The notes under the pieces are model-generated. The model was not told where the DNA came from, searched no databases, and saw only the letters and a list, made by a program, of their open reading frames with translations. Positions 35,142-39,311 of a stretch of DNA of 39,311 nucleotides are shown here, in pieces (positions within the stretch are counted from its first letter, which is position 1; the number at the start of each line of letters is the position of its first letter). A program made the translations under genes and the position numbers. Source of the stretch: a virus (lineage: Duplodnaviria > Caudoviricetes); IMG/VR virus record IMGVR_UViG_3300020042_006720, positions 1 through 39,311 of that record; one strand, given 5' to 3'.

Positions 35142-35378
35142 ATGAGTGAGTATAATTATTACCAGTCTAGAGACAACAGACTGAATGTGTCAGTGGCAAG
35201 AGTGGGTGATGATGAGATGGAAGTATATTTAGAGAGTAAGACTTACTATATTGAGGGTATTCCCCTGAAGGCGATGAAGACAATAGATCAAGTCGTTAAG
35301 GCAGCATACCTGCAAGGGGTTAGAACTGCTAGATCACAAATGAAGAACTGCTTATCAAGCATTGACGGGGAAGTGTAG
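35142..35378 (+). CDS. Hypothetical protein (~78 aa)
   Basis: GGAG RBS before ATG at 35142. Confidence 0.7.
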   Translation: MSEYNYYQSRDNRLNVSVARVGDDEMEVYLESKTYYIEGIPLKAMKTIDQVVKAAYLQGVRTARSQMKNCLSSIDGEV

Positions 35379-35379
35379 T

Positions 35380-35595
35380 ATGACAGAAGATGAAATACTA
35401 GCCAAGGCCGAGGAGATGGCCAGACAACATCAACAAGACATTATCAACGCTAGAACTAACTTAGTGAAGGATATGCTTGCTGCTGGTTACGAACCTAAAG
35501 AATGGGTAATCTGTGATAATCTAGTTGATGTCCAGAACGGAATTGATTACACTTACAAATGTTGGGCAGTTAAGGCTAATCCAACTAAACTTTAA
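35380..35595 (+). CDS. Hypothetical protein (~71 aa)
   Basis: ATG 1 nt after the previous stop; GGGG purine tract upstream. Confidence 0.65.
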   Translation: MTEDEILAKAEEMARQHQQDIINARTNLVKDMLAAGYEPKEWVICDNLVDVQNGIDYTYKCWAVKANPTKL

Positions 35596-35614
35596 ACAAC
35601 AGGAGAACAAGACG

Positions 35615-36526
35615 ATGGCTAAATCGCCAACAAAGAAACAAACAATAACAAAAACACCAGAGCAAGCTATGAATGAACTCACAGAGTTATCTCAAGAATT
35701 AGGGTTGTACGACAACACAGACAATCCTTTGGTGAAAGATAAGTCTACAATGCCCCTAGAAGCCCCTACAGAAGCCGTAGAGAGCGTTAAGCAGGAAATG
35801 AACCCTACGGTAGCCAAAACAAAGGAAAACGATTCTAGCGTAGGTTTAGAGCCTTTAAACGCTACCGAGCAATTAGGTGAGTTATTAGACGAAGTGACAG
35901 AGGAGAATAAACACCCTGAACTTATCCCTACAGTTGAGGTAGATGTTCCTTTGGTGGATGAAAAGCTATCACTTAAGGATGGGTGGGGGAGAGCAGTACC
36001 TACAACAGTTCTTACATTGCAGACAGTGAACTACACAGAGTTAGTTAGCCAAGTTTTGCAGGCTGCATACTTAGATGCAGAGTTAGATCATAGTTTTAAG
36101 ATATTAGGTGGGGTGCCTTACCGTATTCGGTTATTACTCCCGACCGAGAATTATGAGAAATTCCTATCAAAAGAAGGTGCAATGGTCTATGATGAGAATG
36201 TTTCTTATAATAAAGTGCTGGTTCGAGGGTTCAATCCATATACATTTTGGCACAATATCATCAAGATTGGGAAGAATGGTGCCATAATCGTACCAAGAAC
36301 CGTGGCGCAGAAGGTTGGTGGGTACATGGTGAGTTGTTATACGAGAGCACCAATCGCTGACACACCAGAGAGTCGAGTTAGTAGAGAGAAGATTAAGTAT
36401 TCCAAGGATGAATTAGAATCTTTCTCATTGGAGTTGCTAAAGACTGTGGGTAATTGGTATGAGATTACACCAAGTAACAGTAAGTTAAAGTATGTCAAGG
36501 CAATTTTAGAAGCACAGGGGAAGTAG
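35615..36526 (+). CDS. Hypothetical protein with acidic low-complexity N-terminal half (~303 aa)
   Basis: AGGAG RBS; C-terminal YSKDELE....LLK.VG....I......K.V.AILEAQ resembles a small helical HeH/Rho-N-like nucleic-acid-binding module. Confidence 0.75.
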   Translation: MAKSPTKKQTITKTPEQAMNELTELSQELGLYDNTDNPLVKDKSTMPLEAPTEAVESVKQEMNPTVAKTKENDSSVGLEPLNATEQLGELLDEVTEENKHPELIPTVEVDVPLVDEKLSLKDGWGRAVPTTVLTLQTVNYTELVSQVLQAAYLDAELDHSFKILGGVPYRIRLLLPTENYEKFLSKEGAMVYDENVSYNKVLVRGFNPYTFWHNIIKIGKNGAIIVPRTVAQKVGGYMVSCYTRAPIADTPESRVSREKIKYSKDELESFSLELLKTVGNWYEITPSNSKLKYVKAILEAQGK

Positions 36527-36527
36527 T

Positions 36528-37271
36528 ATGAATTTAATGTTGGGTGATTGCCTAGAGAGAATGAAAGAAATACCAGATGGTAGTATTGATGCAATCATCT
36601 GTGATTTACCGTATGGTACTACCGCCTGTAAGTGGGATACCGTTATCCCCTTTGAGCCTCTATGGGCGCACTACAAGCGAGTGATTAAGCATAATGGGGC
36701 GATAGTGTTGTTTGGTAGCCAACCGTTTACCAGTGCGATGGTGATGAGTAATCCGAAGATGTTTAAGTGTCAATGGTTGTGGCGTAAAGCCAGAGCATCT
36801 AATTTCTTTCAAGCAAAATTTGTTCCGATGAACGCCCACGAGGACATCTGTGTATTTAGTTTCGGAGGGGTAAATTCCGGCTCCAAGTATCCGATGATTT
36901 ACTTTCCACAAGGTGTCGTTGAAATAAATAAAGAGTGTCGAAACTCAAAGTCTACAGGTGGGAAAATTGGGTTGGCTCACGCTACCGCAATGAAACCGAA
37001 AGCTGCGTATGTCCAATCCCATTCAGGGTATCCAGATCGAGAATTAAAATTCGGCAACGATACAGACACCGTTCACCCCACACAAAAGCCTGTAGCCCTG
37101 ATTGAGTATCTAATCAAGACCTAAACCCGCGAAGGCGAGACTGTTCTGGATAATTGTATGGGTAGCGGAACTACAGGAGTAGCTTGTAAGAACTTAAACC
37201 GCCAATTCATAGGTATTGAGAAAGATGAGGGGTATTTTAATATAGCTAAAACTAGAATTGACTCAGTATAG
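36528..37271 (+). pseudogene. N6A/N4C DNA methyltransferase (beta class) interrupted by an in-frame TAA
   Basis: GDCLE, DLPY (motif IV), HPTQKPV before TAA at 37122-37124; same frame continues [21 protein letters not shown]...FIGIE (SAM-binding motif I) to TAG at 37271. Confidence 0.85.
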
Positions 37272-37340
37272 TCTACAATAACACCAATGGGGACTATCTC
37301 TAAAGTCCCTCCACTTAAGTAGTATGGAGCAACATAAGAT

Positions 37341-38096
37341 ATGAAGGGTTCAAATAACACCCCACGTACCAGACGGACTAAAGCTGAAGTGCAGGAAGGA
37401 AAGCACATCAAAGAAAAGTTTGTCGAGCAACGGGTAGACGAGATAAATTCAAAAGCCATCAAGCCAATGAATGCAAAACAGAAACATTATATTGACATGT
37501 TCAATAATCCAGATTGTGGACTCATCCTCGCCACTGGTTGGGCTGGAAGCTCGAAGACGTTCATTCCAACCAGTTTGGCTTGTGATATGTTGAAACTTGG
37601 TAAGATTGATAAGATAGTATTCACACGTCCCAACATATCAAATAGTAAAAGTCTAGGTTTTTACGGTGGCCAACTTGTCGAAAAAATGTCCAACTGGCTC
37701 ATGCCTGTTATGGATATTCTCAAGGATAGACTTGGTGCAAATGCTTTAGAGCTTTACATTAAACATGGTGATATTGTTTTCATTCCTCTTGAGGTCGTGA
37801 AAGGGTACTCAGCGGAGAATTGCGTTTTTCTGTGTGATGAAGCAGAAGACCTTACAATTGAAGAGGCCAAGAAGTTGGTTACTCGTCAAGGTAGGAACTG
37901 CAAAATGATTCTTGCTGGTGATATTACGCAGTCTGAACTCAAAGATAAGAGTGGCCTAAAGTACCTCATGGAAATGGCTAGGAAGTATGACAACCTCTCC
38001 CTTGGTCTTGTTGACTTTAATGAAGTATCTGATATTGTGCGTTCAGATCAAGTTAAGCAGTGGATCATTGCATTCCAGAAGGAGGAAAGTAAGTAG
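37341..38096 (+). CDS. phoH: PhoH-like ATPase (251 aa)
   Basis: N.KQ..Y, GWAGSSKT, TRP, LGF..G...EK, DEAED, TRQG..CKMILAGD.TQS, DIVRS. Confidence 0.92.
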   Translation: MKGSNNTPRTRRTKAEVQEGKHIKEKFVEQRVDEINSKAIKPMNAKQKHYIDMFNNPDCGLILATGWAGSSKTFIPTSLACDMLKLGKIDKIVFTRPNISNSKSLGFYGGQLVEKMSNWLMPVMDILKDRLGANALELYIKHGDIVFIPLEVVKGYSAENCVFLCDEAEDLTIEEAKKLVTRQGRNCKMILAGDITQSELKDKSGLKYLMEMARKYDNLSLGLVDFNEVSDIVRSDQVKQWIIAFQKEESK

Positions 38097-38704
38097 TGAG
38101 AAAAGATGCAAGAGTTAGGAAGATAAGCTTATTCTCCCCGACAGGGGAGTACCAAAAACAGTACAAAGAGGATGGAAAACAAGTCTTCACCTTGGAAGGT
38201 GTTTACCACCACAATATGGTAACAAGATCCACTAATGAGAATTACAAGCTAAAGTTTCCAACTTATCGGGATGTAACCTTGTGTCCTAAGTTTCAGAACT
38301 TTCAATATTTTGCTAAGTGGTGTCAATCTCAGGTGGGATTCGGAAATTTTGGTTGGGTGCTAGATAAAGATGTTATCAGTGCGGGTAAAGTATATTCAGA
38401 AGATACTTGTGTTTTCGTTCCGGCAGAGATAAACAGCTACTTCGTTACTTATACAAAAGATCGTGGGCTACCCAGAGGTGTTTCTTGGTGCCCTTCGGAA
38501 AATTGTTATAAGGTATATTGCTCACAACTTAACGGTAAGAATAAGACATTAGGTAGGTTTGATAATGTCGAAGATGCTGGTAAGGTATACCGAGATTTTA
38601 AAAACAACCTAGCTAACGAGTTAATAACTATGTTTGATGGCAAAGTTGATAGCAGAGTTATTGACAAACTTAAATTGTGTTCTTCAGGAGGTTACACATG
38701 GTAG
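38096..38704 (+). CDS. Putative HNH-type homing endonuclease with AP2-like C-terminus (202 aa)
   Basis: PTY.DV..C..F.NFQ.FAKW, LDKD....K.YSEDTCVFVP.EIN, LP.GV, LGRF...E.A...Y..FK. Confidence 0.75.
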   Translation: MRKDARVRKISLFSPTGEYQKQYKEDGKQVFTLEGVYHHNMVTRSTNENYKLKFPTYRDVTLCPKFQNFQYFAKWCQSQVGFGNFGWVLDKDVISAGKVYSEDTCVFVPAEINSYFVTYTKDRGLPRGVSWCPSENCYKVYCSQLNGKNKTLGRFDNVEDAGKVYRDFKNNLANELITMFDGKVDSRVIDKLKLCSSGGYTW

Positions 38705-39021
38705 ATAAAAAAGATACAAAAATCCGCGCTATACACAAGGGCATCCAACTTCCTACAGAAGACCCTGTTGCCAAGGTAGCTAACCCTAACCTAGTGGCTG
38801 CTATTGAAGCCTTATTAAGTGAAGTTAAGAGTTGTGGGGTGACAGAGGTGTGTTGGGTGGCTGTAGGGGATAATAGTGACACAACGAGGGGTATTGCTGG
38901 TGTATGTAAGCACCCATTTCTCATGTCCTCCCAGATAGGTGTACTAGATATGCTTTACAAAGAAGAAGTAATCTATCCTATTCTACTCAGCACAGACCAT
39001 TATGAAGATTTGGAGGATTAA
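38698..39021 (+). CDS. Hypothetical protein, paralog A (~107 aa)
   Basis: AGGAGG RBS before ATG at 38698. Confidence 0.75.
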   Translation: MVDKKDTKIRAIHKGIQLPTEDPVAKVANPNLVAAIEALLSEVKSCGVTEVCWVAVGDNSDTTRGIAGVCKHPFLMSSQIGVLDMLYKEEVIYPILLSTDHYEDLED

Positions 39022-39311
39022 ATGGACACCCCCAAGAAGGATTCCAAGATTAGAGCTATAAGGCGTGATGTGGTAATAGATAATTCTCACCCAGAACCTA
39101 TTCCAGAGCTTGTGAAAGAGACTAAATGGTTGTATGATGAAGCTCTTGCTGGAAACCTTCGAGAATTAGTTTATTCAGCAAGTGATATGGGCATAGACCC
39201 TATTTATAAGATAGTGGGGGATAGTGTAAACTATCCTATGATGCTATCTACACTAGATGTAGCGAGGGATGAATACTTTCAAACAGTAATTATTCCCTCA
39301 ATTCGTAAGCT
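39022..39311 (+). CDS. Hypothetical protein, paralog B (truncated at window end)
   Basis: GGAGG RBS; open to the edge; MDTPKKDSKIRAI resembles MVDKKDTKIRAI of the previous gene. Confidence 0.75.
   Translation, partial: MDTPKKDSKIRAIRRDVVIDNSHPEPIPELVKETKWLYDEALAGNLRELVYSASDMGIDPIYKIVGDSVNYPMMLSTLDVARDEYFQTVIIPSIRK

Noticed and set aside
37122-37124. Genome-wide stop-codon reassignment
   Set aside because: Capsid, sheath, terminase and many other genes end properly in TAA; TAG and TGA also act as stops; coding density is high with the standard code
37121-37462. 113-aa minus-strand ORF
   Set aside because: Antisense to the MTase C-terminal segment and the phoH start
37530-37565. Non-canonical Walker A (GSSKT in PhoH, GSSKS in TerL) as a sign of inactivation
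   Set aside because: The catalytic Lys and all other motifs are intact, so this is most likely tolerated family variation

Overview
This window is a 39.3-kb fragment of a tailed dsDNA phage (contractile-tailed myovirus; gene order resembles PAK_P1/rV5/Felix-type phages of Gram-negative hosts, inferred from synteny and spanins). The minus strand from about 31.8 kb down to 0 carries a near-complete morphogenesis operon: TerS, TerL, portal, S49 protease/scaffold, decoration, major capsid, neck, sheath, three tube-like paralogs, frameshifted tail chaperone, tape measure, baseplate and tail fibres. It continues with a lysis cassette (SAR endolysin, holin, overlapping spanins) interrupted by a 3.2-kb beta-helix/fibre/head-spike-base module, then a second fibre module. 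31.8-35.1 kb holds three tRNAs (Met-CAT, Glu-TTC, Gly-TCC), sigma70-like promoters, small genes and several unexplained structured non-coding elements. The plus strand from 35.1 kb encodes hypothetical proteins, a DNA methyltransferase broken by one in-frame TAA, PhoH, an HNH-type endonuclease and a tandem paralog pair. Top candidates for novelty: a ~430-nt multibranched RNA behind a strong promoter (34.57-35.0 kb), a 64-nt element resembling the tRNA-like domain of tmRNA (32395-32458), a head-spike module whose anchor-like peptide is C-terminal, and a degenerate lysozyme-fold gene beside the endolysin. All family calls come from motif recognition by eye; no database search was run.
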